Assembly: GCA_963716255.1 (NCBI GenBank)
Contig: OY970303.1
Span: forward strand, 2,848,001-2,912,000
Direction: 5' to 3'
Origin: an uncultured Gemmatimonadales bacterium
GTDB taxonomy: Bacteria > Gemmatimonadota > Gemmatimonadetes > Longimicrobiales > Longimicrobiaceae
Length of the DNA: 64,000 nt
Part shown: positions 9,291-18,911 of the stretch, in pieces
How positions within the stretch are numbered: position 1 is the stretch's first letter
How the letters are laid out: each line of letters opens with the position of its first letter
Program-made: the position numbers and the translations under genes
The notes under the pieces: generated by a model
Told to the model about the DNA's origin: nothing
What the model saw: the letters and a program-made list of their open reading frames with translations, nothing else
Database searches by the model: none

Positions 9291-10607
9291 TCAACCCGCT
9301 GGGGGATCTCCTCCGGCGGGCCAATCATGCGGAGCCTGCGGGCGCCGCTCCTTCCACATACGCAACCTGGCCGCGAGACGGCGCGCAAGCGCCGCGACTT
9401 CCTCCGGAGCCGGTGCCTCGTCGGGCACCGGCTCCTTAAGTTCGATCTCCTTGAGGACCGCGCGCGCACGACGTACCTCGCCACCCTCGTTTCTGCGCTT
9501 CGCGGTTTCCGCCGCCATTCGGGCGAAGCGTACCGCCCGTTCGTCGTCTCCCAGGAAGCGGGCGCCGTGGGCCAAGCTCACCAGCGCCGCGGCCGCATGC
9601 TCCTCGTACAGCCCGACCAGCTCCAGCGCCTTGCGCTCCGCGTCCCGGTAGCGCTCCGGCTGGGCAGCACCCGCAGCGGCCTGGGCGAGCGTCGACCACA
9701 CCAGCGCTGCTTCCTCAGGCCGCGGGAAGGCTGGCGGGAGCTTGCGCAGCATGGACAGGGCGGGTGCGTAGTGCCGCTCGCGCACGAGCAGGACGGCGCA
9801 GTCGTGCACTAGGTACGGGATGCGGCGGGCTCGGAGCGGGTACAGGCTCTCGGCAAGGCGCGCGTGCTCCTCGGCCTGGGCGAGGAGACCCATGTCCATG
9901 CACAACAGGATCAGGTCGTGATGGGCCTCCGCGGCCGTGTGGCGGCGGCCGGTCCGGGCGGCGAAGCGCGCAACCCTCTCGAAGTGAGGACGGGCGCGTT
10001 CGTAGAGCCCCAGCCCGTAGAGAAGCGAGCCGTAGCCGAGCAGCGCCCAGACGATCTCTCGCCGGTTCTGGACCCTGACACCGAGCCGGTGCGCGCGTTC
10101 GTACCAGGTGACGGCACGACGCGACAGAGCGGCACGTCGGCACAGGCGTGCCGCCTCGTTCGCATTGGCGGGGTCCTCCGGGTTCACCAGCGCGGCAGCC
10201 TCGGCGTAGTAGGCCGCCAGCTCCAGGAGCGACTCCTGCTCGGCCCATCGGTACACCAGATGGCAGGCGTGAGAAATCTGGGAGCTGTCCGGGATCCCGG
10301 GCGCGGTCTGCAACAGGTGGAAAGTTCCCAGAGCCTCGGTCAATTCGGGGGCCTCCCTCCGCGCCCGGAGCACGCGGCCCCGTGCCTCCTCGGTCGGCGG
10401 CCCGAACAGCCCGGCCCGTTCCTCAGCCGGGACGTTCGCCCACAGCCAGATGTCGCCCAGGGTCTGCCACAGCACGAGCCAGAGGTCACCTCCTCCGGCG
10501 GCCACCCCGTCGAGCGACCGGGTGGTGCTCGCCACGTCGGGCGCAGGCGGGGCCGGTGGGATGCGGTGGGGGCGGCCTTCGCGCTTCGGTGTTCTCTTGT
10601 TCCCCAT
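9291..10607 (-). CDS. TPR-repeat protein
   Basis: Successive Ala/Leu-rich helical repeats (e.g. ALLGYGSLLYGLGLYERARPHFERV). Confidence 0.75.
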   Translation of the reverse strand: MGNKRTPKREGRPHRIPPAPPAPDVASTTRSLDGVAAGGGDLWLVLWQTLGDIWLWANVPAEERAGLFGPPTEEARGRVLRARREAPELTEALGTFHLLQTAPGIPDSSQISHACHLVYRWAEQESLLELAAYYAEAAALVNPEDPANANEAARLCRRAALSRRAVTWYERAHRLGVRVQNRREIVWALLGYGSLLYGLGLYERARPHFERVARFAARTGRRHTAAEAHHDLILLCMDMGLLAQAEEHARLAESLYPLRARRIPYLVHDCAVLLVRERHYAPALSMLRKLPPAFPRPEEAALVWSTLAQAAAGAAQPERYRDAERKALELVGLYEEHAAAALVSLAHGARFLGDDERAVRFARMAAETAKRRNEGGEVRRARAVLKEIELKEPVPDEAPAPEEVAALARRLAARLRMWKERRPQAPHDWPAGGDPPAG

Positions 10608-10851
10608 GCTCTTCCCGCGAATGATCGGCCAAAACGAACATTACGCGACACAATAAAGTGGACGAAGAATACGCGCCATACTCATTCGTCGCGTGGGCGG
10701 CATCAGCCGCCGCTGACCAGGATCAGGCCGGAGCGGGAGAGGGTCGGGAGCGGTGGGGTCGAGGGAGGAGGGGGCGTACGGATCGGCTCGGCAGACGCCA
10801 GCGGCCGGGCGGGCACCGACGGAGGGACCAGCGGCTCGGGGAGAGCTTTGT

Positions 10852-11283
10852 TCACGGCTCGATCTCCTCTTCGAGCCAGCCGGCGACCTCGCGGCCTGCC
10901 TCACCGTGAATGGCCGCCAGCTCGCGCGCCAGGCGCCGGCGCGCCTCGCCCCGCATCTCGTAGGGCAGGTCATGGACGAGCAGCACGAGCGCGACGGCTC
11001 CGGGCGGCGTCCAGATGGGCGGGCGGCTCTCGACCCAGTCACGGAGCCGCTGCTGAACAGGGTGGGAGGGGATGCTCAGGTCCTCGACGAACTTGCGGAG
11101 GCTTCCCCGGGAGATCCCGATCTCCCGCGCGAGATCCTCCTGCCTGCTGTGCACTCGCAGGTCGCGCCGCACCACGCGGCGGATCCGCTCCAGCAGGTAC
11201 AGCTCCAGGAAGATGTTCAGGTCGTGCTCGGGCGCGAGATCCGGGCGCACCCGCTCGCCGGACAGGTATCGTGTCGGCCGCAT
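10852..11283 (-). CDS. XRE-like helix-turn-helix protein
   Basis: RQEDLAREIGISRGSLRKFV; GAGGAG RBS upstream. Confidence 0.7.
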   Translation of the reverse strand: MRPTRYLSGERVRPDLAPEHDLNIFLELYLLERIRRVVRRDLRVHSRQEDLAREIGISRGSLRKFVEDLSIPSHPVQQRLRDWVESRPPIWTPPGAVALVLLVHDLPYEMRGEARRRLARELAAIHGEAGREVAGWLEEEIEP

Positions 11284-12189
11284 GGCTCCTCACGGTGCAA
11301 GGTGAACGTGCCGCGAAAGGAACGTTAGCATGCGGTCAGGAGCCCGGCAGCGACGGTTCATGGCCCTAAATGCTTGCGCCGGGCCCACGAGCTGGCCCGG
11401 CAAGCTCCCGGAATACAAAGTAGACACCTGGGCCCACGGCGCCTCCCGTCGCGAAGAACGGCAGTGGGTTGGAGCGCCTTGAATCGCGATCGGCGGGCCA
11501 CGAAGATCTCCCGTGGGCCAATTCCCGGCCTCCGCCGCTGCGCTCCGGGCCCAGCCACGGGCACGGATGCGCCATGACGCTGGCCCGGCGCCTGGCCCAC
11601 AAGAGGTGCCGTGGACAAAATGGACAGGCGGGCCTGGTCCGGGGGTGGATGTGGCGGTCGGACAGGGGCCCCGCGAGCGGGCGGCTGGGCCCCCGGGGCC
11701 CGGCTGGAGCTGCGAGAGGAAGAACGGGGCCCAGGAGGAGAGGGAATCAGGCCCCGGCCGAGGAGCTGCGTGCCGCGGCGAACGCCGGCTTGGGAAACTG
11801 GCGGCTCGCCACGCGTACTACGGGGGCTGCCGTCGGGCACCCGGGGATGGGGTCACCCTGGACGGGCCCGCCGTGCTTCGGCCTTCGCCTCCTCCGTCTC
11901 AATCTTGCGACGAAGCGTCGTCGCCGAATTGCGGAGGTGAGTACGCGGCGCCAAAAGATGCTCGCGCACAAGCTCACGGTCGCGCTTGGGAAGTCGGACT
12001 GCTCTCCCGATCGCCAGGTCGAGCAGCTCGAGCGCTTGGTCTGCGAGCTGCTGAATGTCGTGGATACGTTCCTCGGCGGGCTCCCTCATGTGAATTCGCG
12101 CAGTGTGGAATGGCCTGTCCTTTTCCACACGATACACAATGCGACAGGGGGCGGCAGTGGTGGTTCGTGGCCGTTTTCGGCTGGCCGTC

Positions 12190-12362
12190 CACCTGAGCGG
12201 AAGTCTCCATGTCAGCATCCCCGGATCCCGAATGGACCCGTCCTCGCACTTCTCCACGACCGGGTGGCACTCTCGAGCGGATCCGCATGCACCCTCTGTG
12301 CAGAGGTCCCTTCCCACGTCCTCTTGGCGATCGGCCTGGATGAGGAGTTAGTGGAAGGGTGC
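12190..12362 (+). pseudogene. Frameshifted C-terminal remnant of a cysteine desulfurase (IscS/DndA type)
   Basis: HLSGSLHVSIPG in one frame, then IPNGPVLALLHDRVALSSGSACT...PSHVLLAIGL in another; shift near 12224. Confidence 0.7.
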
Positions 12363-12491
12363 GGTCACGTATTTGGAGTCCCACGCGAACCACACCCTTT
12401 CTGTTCTTCATCTCCTCGGCCTGAGGGGGGGCGGACGCTCAGTCCCGGAGGTGACCGAGATTGCCGAAGGTGATCTAGGGGGAGACGGGAG

Positions 12492-12611
12492 CGTCGGGCT
12501 AGGGTTTACCCCATCCTGACGTCACGCAGTGCCCACCCGCCTTGTCAAGATAGACCCCAAAAACTATTTTCCTGACACCTCTCCTCCCGGGTCTTAGACT
12601 TCATCCTGACA
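12492..12611 (+). promoter_or_regulatory. res site (three subsites) for the resolvase
   Basis: CGTCGGG..GGGTTTACCC..CCTGACG; TGTCAAGATAG..CTATTTTCCTGACA; third CCTGACA just before the start codon. Confidence 0.7.
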
Positions 12612-12621
12612 CGTTCGCCGC

Positions 12622-13179
12622 ATGCACGGACAGCGGATCGGCTACGTTCGGGTCAGCACGATCGATCAGAACCCGGAGCGGCAGCTGGACCAGGTGATGG
12701 TGGATCGCATCTTCACCGACCACGCCTCGGGCAAGGACACCGAGCGCCCCCAGTTGGAGGCGCTCCTCTCCTATATCCGCGAGGGTGATACGCTGGTGGT
12801 CCACAGCATGGACAGGCTGGCCCGGAATCTGGACGATCTCCGGCGCCTTGTTCAGGGGCTCACCCGCCGCGGCGTGAAGGTCGAGTTCCTGAAGGAAAGC
12901 CTCACCTTCACCGGCGACGACTCACCGATGGCGACGCTGCTGCTCTCGGTGATGGGCGCGTTCGCTGAATTTGAGCGGGCACTCATCCGCGAGCGGCAGC
13001 GAGAGGGGATCACGCTCGCGAAGAAGCGTGGTGTCTACCGAGGCCGCAAGAAGCTCCTGTCGGCTGAACAGGTTGGGCACCTGCGTGAGCGTGTGGCCGC
13101 CGGAGAGCCCAAGGCAGCGGTGGCCCGTGCGTTCGGCATCAGCCGGGAAACTCTTTATCGGTACTTGGAAACGAGCTGA
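12622..13179 (+). CDS. tnpR: Serine resolvase, Tn21/Tn501 TnpR-like
   Basis: IGYVRVST, HSMDRLARN, GAFAEFERALIRERQREG, C-terminal HTH. Confidence 0.92.
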   Translation: MHGQRIGYVRVSTIDQNPERQLDQVMVDRIFTDHASGKDTERPQLEALLSYIREGDTLVVHSMDRLARNLDDLRRLVQGLTRRGVKVEFLKESLTFTGDDSPMATLLLSVMGAFAEFERALIRERQREGITLAKKRGVYRGRKKLLSAEQVGHLRERVAAGEPKAAVARAFGISRETLYRYLETS

Positions 13180-13797
13180 AGACCGTCCCGGCAGGAATTT
13201 TACTCTGCGATTCTCGAATCGTGAGCGGACACTGAACAGCTAGCTTAGGACCCCGAACCTTCCCCCACGAGGCCGGTTCCACGTCGCGGACAAGGATGAG
13301 CTTGGGGAAAGCGTTCAACGATTCTTCGAGGTGAGGATCCGTGCGGATGATTGTTAACCCACCCGCGCCTGGTGACCGTTTTGCGTAACGTAGGATCCGC
13401 GTGCGGGAGACCTGCGTGCTGATAACCTGTAAGCGGGTCGGCAGTGTACAGCTCGGCTGCGTGCAGCTCTCCCGCGAACAGGAAACCAGGCGCGTACTAA
13501 ATAAGGAAGGTAGTAAAAAGGAAGTAGTAGTTGATGGTGAAGACGCGCGCGTAGCTCGCCGACCAGAGGATCCATCGTGGTGAAGCATCCATTTCTGCGC
13601 GACGGGGATCTTGGCTCGGGTGCTCGGACCAGTCAGAGCCAGGGACGGTCACCCGCCATTGGGGAAGGAAACCAGGTGCTACCAGGACCAGCCAGTTCGC
13701 TCTGCATCGATAATCCAGGCTCCTCGCCATAGTTCTGGCAGCATGGTACAATCCAGGGGAGCAGACTCAGATCCTCACCTCCCCGGAAGAACCCTGG

Positions 13798-14397
13798 ATG
13801 GGAGCCATCACGCCACGGCAGCGCCAGGTCCTGGACTATGTGGAGCAGTTCGCCCGGGAGAACGGGTACCCGCCCAGCCTGGAGGAGATCGCCAGACACA
13901 TGGGCTTCTCCTCGATCTCCAGCGCGCAACAGCACGTCAACGCGCTGGTCCGGCGCAACTTTCTCCGGCGGGACCCGAATCGCCCCCGCTCGCTGGAGGT
14001 GGTGCGGCCAACAGAGGAGGCCCGCGAGCTGCCGTTGCTTGGCTATGTTGCGGCAGGCGAGCCCATCGAAGTCGTCGAGCAGTCGGAAACCTTCAGCACC
14101 TGTCCCGAGCTGCTGCGGAGGGGAGACTACGTGCTTCAGGTCAAAGGCAATTCGATGATCGAGGAGCAGATTCGGGACGGGGACTACATCGTGGTGCGTT
14201 CACAGGAGACCGCCCGGAACGGCCAGGTCGTCGTCGCGCTCGTCGGGGGTACGGCTGCCACGGTCAAGCGGTTCTTTCGTGAGCGCCGCGGCCGCGTACG
14301 ACTCCAGCCCGCGAATCCCGCTCTGGAGCCGCTGGTGCTCAGGGCGGAGGAAGTCTTGATCCAGGGGGTCGTGACCGGAGTCATTCGGATGCTGTGA
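13798..14397 (+). CDS. lexA: LexA repressor
   Basis: TPRQ..GYPPSLEEI winged HTH; VAAG cleavage site; GNSM (Ser) and TVKR (Lys). Confidence 0.92.
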   Translation: MGAITPRQRQVLDYVEQFARENGYPPSLEEIARHMGFSSISSAQQHVNALVRRNFLRRDPNRPRSLEVVRPTEEARELPLLGYVAAGEPIEVVEQSETFSTCPELLRRGDYVLQVKGNSMIEEQIRDGDYIVVRSQETARNGQVVVALVGGTAATVKRFFRERRGRVRLQPANPALEPLVLRAEEVLIQGVVTGVIRML

Positions 14398-14551
14398 ACG
14401 GCTACACGAGAATGCTGGTGGTGAACAATCAAAGTCGGGTGGTCACTTTCACGTATTCACAGAGTTTTCCAGGGGGTTCTCCAGACTGAAGTCAGGTAGT
14501 GAAAATAGGGTACCGAGTGTCCTGCTGAGTCACTGGAACCAGGAGAGAGGC

Positions 14552-15427
14552 ATGGCTGCCGAAGTCACCTCCGCGACACGCTTCTACACCGATGTTTTGG
14601 GCGCCGAGCTGCGTAACCCGCGGTGGTCGTGGGGCGCCTACGACCCGGTGACGGACCGCCTCTACCTGCGGGTGTGGGAGGACGAGGTCGTGGAGGATAA
14701 CGGGAATCCCTTCGTGATGGTGCTGCGCAACGCAGGCCGCCCCGTGGCCGGTCGTTCCGAGCGACAGCGTCACCTGAGCCTCGCAGCCGCTGGCGCCGAA
14801 ACCTACGGGGTCCTATGCACGCCTGATGGTCCCCGCCGCACCGACCGGCCCCGGAAGATCCGAGACTTCGATCGTAAGGCGCTCCTCCGTCTTGGGCGCA
14901 TCGTCGAGCTTCCGAACGGGTTGTACGCCGAGATCCTTGAGCGCGTCCCCCTGCAGCAGGTGATGCGCGCCCCCTCCGGTGCCGCTGCCCTCCAGGCGGA
15001 CCTCCGCGCCATCCTGCGGGAGAAGGGCCTGACGACGACCGAGCGGGACGCGCTGGTTAGTGCCCGCGTCGGGCAGGGTGCGTTCCGCATCGCGGTACTT
15101 GCGCATTGGGAGAGGCGCTGCGCCGTTACCGGCTGCGGCACACTGGAAGCGATCCGCGCGTCCCACATCAAGCCGTGGCGGCTGGCGACCAATGAGGAGC
15201 GGCTGGACCCCTCGAACGGACTTCCACTCGTGGCGACGCTCGACGTGCTCTTCGACGCCGGGCTGATCGCCTTCGCGAGCGATGGTTCGATGCTCGTCTC
15301 CGAGCGGCTGCCTGCCGCAGATCGGGAGAAGCTCCACCTGCATGGATGCCGCCTCCGCCGGCGCCCGGACGCACCTATGGCTGCACACCTCGCCGAGCAC
15401 CGCGTGAGGGCCGGATTCCCTGCGTAG
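14552..15427 (+). CDS. HNH endonuclease (HNH_2-type)
   Basis: ARVGQGAFR, CAVTGC, ASHIKPW, LDPSNGLPL, LFDAGLIAF. Confidence 0.85.
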   Translation: MAAEVTSATRFYTDVLGAELRNPRWSWGAYDPVTDRLYLRVWEDEVVEDNGNPFVMVLRNAGRPVAGRSERQRHLSLAAAGAETYGVLCTPDGPRRTDRPRKIRDFDRKALLRLGRIVELPNGLYAEILERVPLQQVMRAPSGAAALQADLRAILREKGLTTTERDALVSARVGQGAFRIAVLAHWERRCAVTGCGTLEAIRASHIKPWRLATNEERLDPSNGLPLVATLDVLFDAGLIAFASDGSMLVSERLPAADREKLHLHGCRLRRRPDAPMAAHLAEHRVRAGFPA

Positions 15428-15441
15428 TCATTCTACGTGTG

Positions 15442-15626
15442 GCCCAACAGCTGGTCACGTTGCGAAAAACGGTGGGAGGCAGCGCGTGTCCCGCCGCCCG
15501 CATGGCTTGTGTACGGGGGTAGCGGGACACAGATTGCGGCAGGACTTGGAACGCGAAAATTCGGCAGCGTAGCTCCTTCGCATGAGATTGGCGATTTCCG
15601 GGCCAGGTAACTACAGCGGGTTAGAT
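15442..15626 (+). repeat. Long degenerate attC-like site
   Basis: GCCCAAC 15 bp after the HNH stop ... GTTAGAT; imperfect inner arms. Confidence 0.45.
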
Positions 15627-15937
15627 GGAAACTGGGCCGGGTTTGCAGTTCTGTTACTTCTCCTAATGTGTTGTTCTCCCAGCTTGGGTGGAAGATGTGG
15701 GCCGCGTGATAGATGGAAATCTCGCTGCTTAACATATAGTTCGACTGCAACAAGATTCGGTACGCGTTCTTAATTCTCTGGTGTGGCTAGCGCATGCGTC
15801 CCGCAACGGCCTTGTCGGTGCGCCGGCTACGACATCGGCTTGCGGCAGCAGGTCCACAGGTCACTGCAACATACCCTCTATCTCTCGCTCCCGGTCCGGT
15901 GCAGTCCAGCGATTTCACCTACGAAGAGAGGCTGACC

Positions 15938-16342
15938 ATGGGATGGTTTTCGAGAAGTACCGAGTGTGACCAGTGCGGAAGCAACAATCACGCGACCGCG
16001 GACTGCCCGCATGAGACGCACCTCTTATCCGCGGATGATACGGAGTGTGACCAGTGTGGAAGCAAGGACCACGCGACCGCGGACTGCCCGCATGAGACAC
16101 ACCTCTTATCCGCGGACGACGCCGAGTGCGACCAGTGCGGGAGCAGAAATCACGCGACTGCAGACTGCCCGCACGAGAAGCATATCTTCTCGGCGGACGA
16201 CGCCGAGTGCGACCAGTGCGGGAGCAGAAATCACGCGACGTCAGAGTGCCCGCACGAGAAGCATATCATCTCGGCAGACGACACCGAGTGCTATCACTGC
16301 GGCAGCAAGGAACACGCGACGGCCAACTGCCCGCATGATTGA
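15938..16342 (+). CDS. Tandem CCHC zinc-knuckle protein (five knuckles)
   Basis: 27-aa repeat containing C-x2-C-x4-H-x4-C; RBS GAAGAGAGG. Confidence 0.8.
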   Translation: MGWFSRSTECDQCGSNNHATADCPHETHLLSADDTECDQCGSKDHATADCPHETHLLSADDAECDQCGSRNHATADCPHEKHIFSADDAECDQCGSRNHATSECPHEKHIISADDTECYHCGSKEHATANCPHD

Positions 16343-16450
16343 AACGGAAAGTTGAACCGCTCCCGCGACCTAGGTCCGCGTGACCCGGACAAAGGTCCCC
16401 CTGCGGAGCGCTGACGCCCTATGTTGGCTGGGGCCACTCGCGCGCCTGCG

Positions 16451-16552
16451 GTCTAACAATCGGCTGCAGGGCATGCGGGGGCCGGGCATGTTTCCGGACG
16501 GACGAAAGTCTTGCGCGCCGGTCCCGCACCCCTGACCCTTGTGTGGTTGGGC
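16451..16552 (+). repeat. attC-like site
   Basis: GTCTAAC...GTTGGGC; arms CTGCAGGGCATGCGGG / CCCGCACCCCTGA. Confidence 0.7.
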
Positions 16553-16609
16553 CGACGCGTGCTCTGCCGACCGTGTCTGTTTGCTTGACTGACGACTAAC
16601 GAAGAGCCA

Positions 16610-17515
16610 ATGAAAGACATCGCGTTCGACGTACATAGCCACGTCGAGGTGACGCGGTGGGGTAGAGCGAAAGAAGACAAGGGCTTCACACTGCGCGCCT
16701 CCACCGACTGGCAGTTTGCCCCAGCGAGCAGCACCGCAATCAGGCGCAGCCCAGGGAAATTAGTCCGGTCGTTCCGCGAACTCGCGTATCACGTGGCTCA
16801 GCTCTCGGCCGCCAATCCGCGGCTATATCCGCTGTATCGAGGTCAGCATCTGGACTTCCTGAATCGCGCCGGTGGTTCGATGTTGTACCCCACCATCCTT
16901 AGGCTCCCTGTGGGCAAGTCCAGGCTTACGCGGTCACGAATCGTCCAGCGATTTGAGCACTTGAAGAGGGTGGTACGGCATCTGCGCCAGCGTGTGACAG
17001 TGAGTCGATGGCAAACACCCCTGTCGGCTCACACGGAGTACTGGTGGTCGCTGATTCAGCACTATGAACTCGCGCGCACTCCACTCCTCGACCTCACTCA
17101 AAGCCTGCGGGTCGCGTGCACCTTCGCGCTAAGCCACCGAGATGCGTGGGGTGCTGCCAACAGCGGGTTTGTCTTCGTCCTTGGGCTCCCCAACGCGCCC
17201 GCGTGTCTAGCCCCCATGGTGGATGAGGAGATGGTGGTGGTTCGGCTTCAGAGCGTTTGCCCACCAGACGCCCTGCGCCCTCATCTTCAGGATGGGTACC
17301 TCGTCGGTCGATGGCCGCTTTCCGGAGAGAAGCTGAAAGGCGACAACGCAGCGTACCGGATGATCGGCAAGTATCGTTTGGACAATTCGGCCGGCAAGTT
17401 TTGGTCCGATGGGTTCGAGGCGATTCCGTATTCAGCGATTTACCCACCAGACGACTCATTCGGCGAACACCTGCGAACCGTTGCAGCAGAGTTAATTAGC
17501 GCAGCTTCGGAGTAG
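16610..17515 (+). CDS. FRG-domain protein
   Basis: LYRGQ, LYPTILR, LIQHYELARTPLLDLTQSLRVACTFA. Confidence 0.85.
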   Translation: MKDIAFDVHSHVEVTRWGRAKEDKGFTLRASTDWQFAPASSTAIRRSPGKLVRSFRELAYHVAQLSAANPRLYPLYRGQHLDFLNRAGGSMLYPTILRLPVGKSRLTRSRIVQRFEHLKRVVRHLRQRVTVSRWQTPLSAHTEYWWSLIQHYELARTPLLDLTQSLRVACTFALSHRDAWGAANSGFVFVLGLPNAPACLAPMVDEEMVVVRLQSVCPPDALRPHLQDGYLVGRWPLSGEKLKGDNAAYRMIGKYRLDNSAGKFWSDGFEAIPYSAIYPPDDSFGEHLRTVAAELISAASE

Positions 17516-17539
17516 TGACTTCACCATCGTTGGAGTGCC

Positions 17540-17637
17540 GCCCAACGAATCGTTGCAGTTGACGAAGCGGCGCACCGTCCCAGCGCGGCAGCTGAGCTCC
17601 AGCCCTGCCGCTTCGCAACTAAACATGGTAGTTCGGC
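17540..17637 (+). repeat. attC-like site
   Basis: GCCCAAC...GTTCGGC; arms GTT(G)CAGTTG(A)CGAAGCGGC / GCCGCTTCGCAACTAAAC with two extrahelical bases. Confidence 0.75.
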
Positions 17638-17743
17638 GGCAACACGCAGAGTTCTCAGTTCGATAACTCCCCGCCGCCATGCCACGGTCTCCGGACTCCA
17701 AGTAGCGGCCCGTTGCGGGTACACAGCTCCCAGACACATCCCA

Positions 17744-18514
17744 ATGCGCGAAGACTTTACGCCGGCCACCGTCAAACGCATCGCTCAGAAGGCGATGTAT
17801 ATCTGTGCGAACGAGGGCTGCCTGCGCTTCACTGGCTACGGCACGACAGAGGGCAATGCCCGCGCGATCGCCGACGCTGCACACATCGCCCCAGCAAGCG
17901 CAAGCGGGCCCCGTGCCTCGAGCGGAGGCACCGCCGACCCACGGACAGACGAAGCCAATGGGATCTGGCTTTGCAAGATCTGCCATAAGAAGATCGACGA
18001 CGATCCAGGGTACTACCCCGATGACCTCCTTCGCCGCTGGAAGCGCGATCAGGAGGAAGTCGTCAGGAGGATCGTCGGAAAGGACATCGAGGCGGCGCTC
18101 CTTGAGCTCCGGAACGCCAAGCGGTACCACCAAGAGTGCCGAGAGGTACTAGCCTTCTTCGACACCAAACGGGTGTTCTACGAGGGGCTAGATCACGAGT
18201 TTCCCCCTCGTGTTCTCGCGTCTATAGACCTGATCCGCGCGCGGATCGGTGACGTGCGGGCGCGCGTCGCACCCGACTCTGAGCTGTTTGTTGTGCTCGG
18301 CGAGATGCAAGACGCTGCAAAGCGGTTTCTCAAGAACATCGGCAAGGAAACCGACCTGGAGTCGCTCCGGTGCGACTCGCGAGATCCGAGGTGGCTGCGG
18401 TTCTCGGATGAATTACAAAAGTTCCGGCGCGAGCTGAACATCCTGTTGCGCCCACTGGCTGACACTTTGGGTTATCGACTTACCTGGCTCTTTGATGCGG
18501 ACGACGCCGTTTGA
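17744..18514 (+). CDS. HNH-like zinc-binding nuclease domain protein
   Basis: CANEGC, AAHIAPASASGPR, NGIWLCKICHKKID, LRRWK. Confidence 0.75.
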   Translation: MREDFTPATVKRIAQKAMYICANEGCLRFTGYGTTEGNARAIADAAHIAPASASGPRASSGGTADPRTDEANGIWLCKICHKKIDDDPGYYPDDLLRRWKRDQEEVVRRIVGKDIEAALLELRNAKRYHQECREVLAFFDTKRVFYEGLDHEFPPRVLASIDLIRARIGDVRARVAPDSELFVVLGEMQDAAKRFLKNIGKETDLESLRCDSRDPRWLRFSDELQKFRRELNILLRPLADTLGYRLTWLFDADDAV

Positions 18515-18555
18515 GAAATCGCGGGTTCGCCCTCGCGGAGTTCGGAGCGCCTGCC

Positions 18556-18675
18556 GCCTAACGAGGCGTTGCAGCAGTCGCGGTACGCGGGGCCGTGGCA
18601 GCGCGCCCCTCGGCACCGTCCCGCCTCGGCTCCATCGCACCCGCACAACCGCGCTGCTGAACTTGGGCTTTAGGC
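18556..18675 (+). repeat. attC-like site
   Basis: GCCTAAC...TTTAGGC; arms GTT(G)CAGCAG(T)CGCGGT / ACCGCGCTGCTGAAC pair perfectly apart from two extrahelical bases. Confidence 0.75.
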
Positions 18676-18911
18676 CTCCTTGACTGCGCTGGGTTCGCCG
18701 GAGCCTTGGCTTCGGGCCTCCCGTGGCGGCAGGGCCGATCCGCTTCAACCCACACCGCCTCTGGCGGAGCGTGAATACGGTCATTAGGTTTTTCGCGCCC
18801 GGCGGTCCCGCCTGGCATTCTCGCCGCCCGGGAGCACGGCGCACGTCCTGCCCGTTCCGCTTCGCAATACTCCCCGAGCGGGGTACCGACTCCCACTCTC
18901 CGACCGCACCC

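Noticed and set aside
11330..12190. ORFs 11469-12473, 11513-12196 and similar
   Set aside because: No recognisable motifs apart from the desulfurase fragment; probably decayed sequence.
13240..13790. Short ORFs between tnpR and lexA
   Set aside because: No motifs or codon bias; treated as intergenic.
15727..15870. Further attC starting GCTTAAC
   Set aside because: A left box is present but no convincing complementary arm or GTT end was found.
15959..16340. Possible CRISPR array
   Set aside because: The 81-nt period is in frame, with codon-position variation and no unique spacers; it is a coding repeat.
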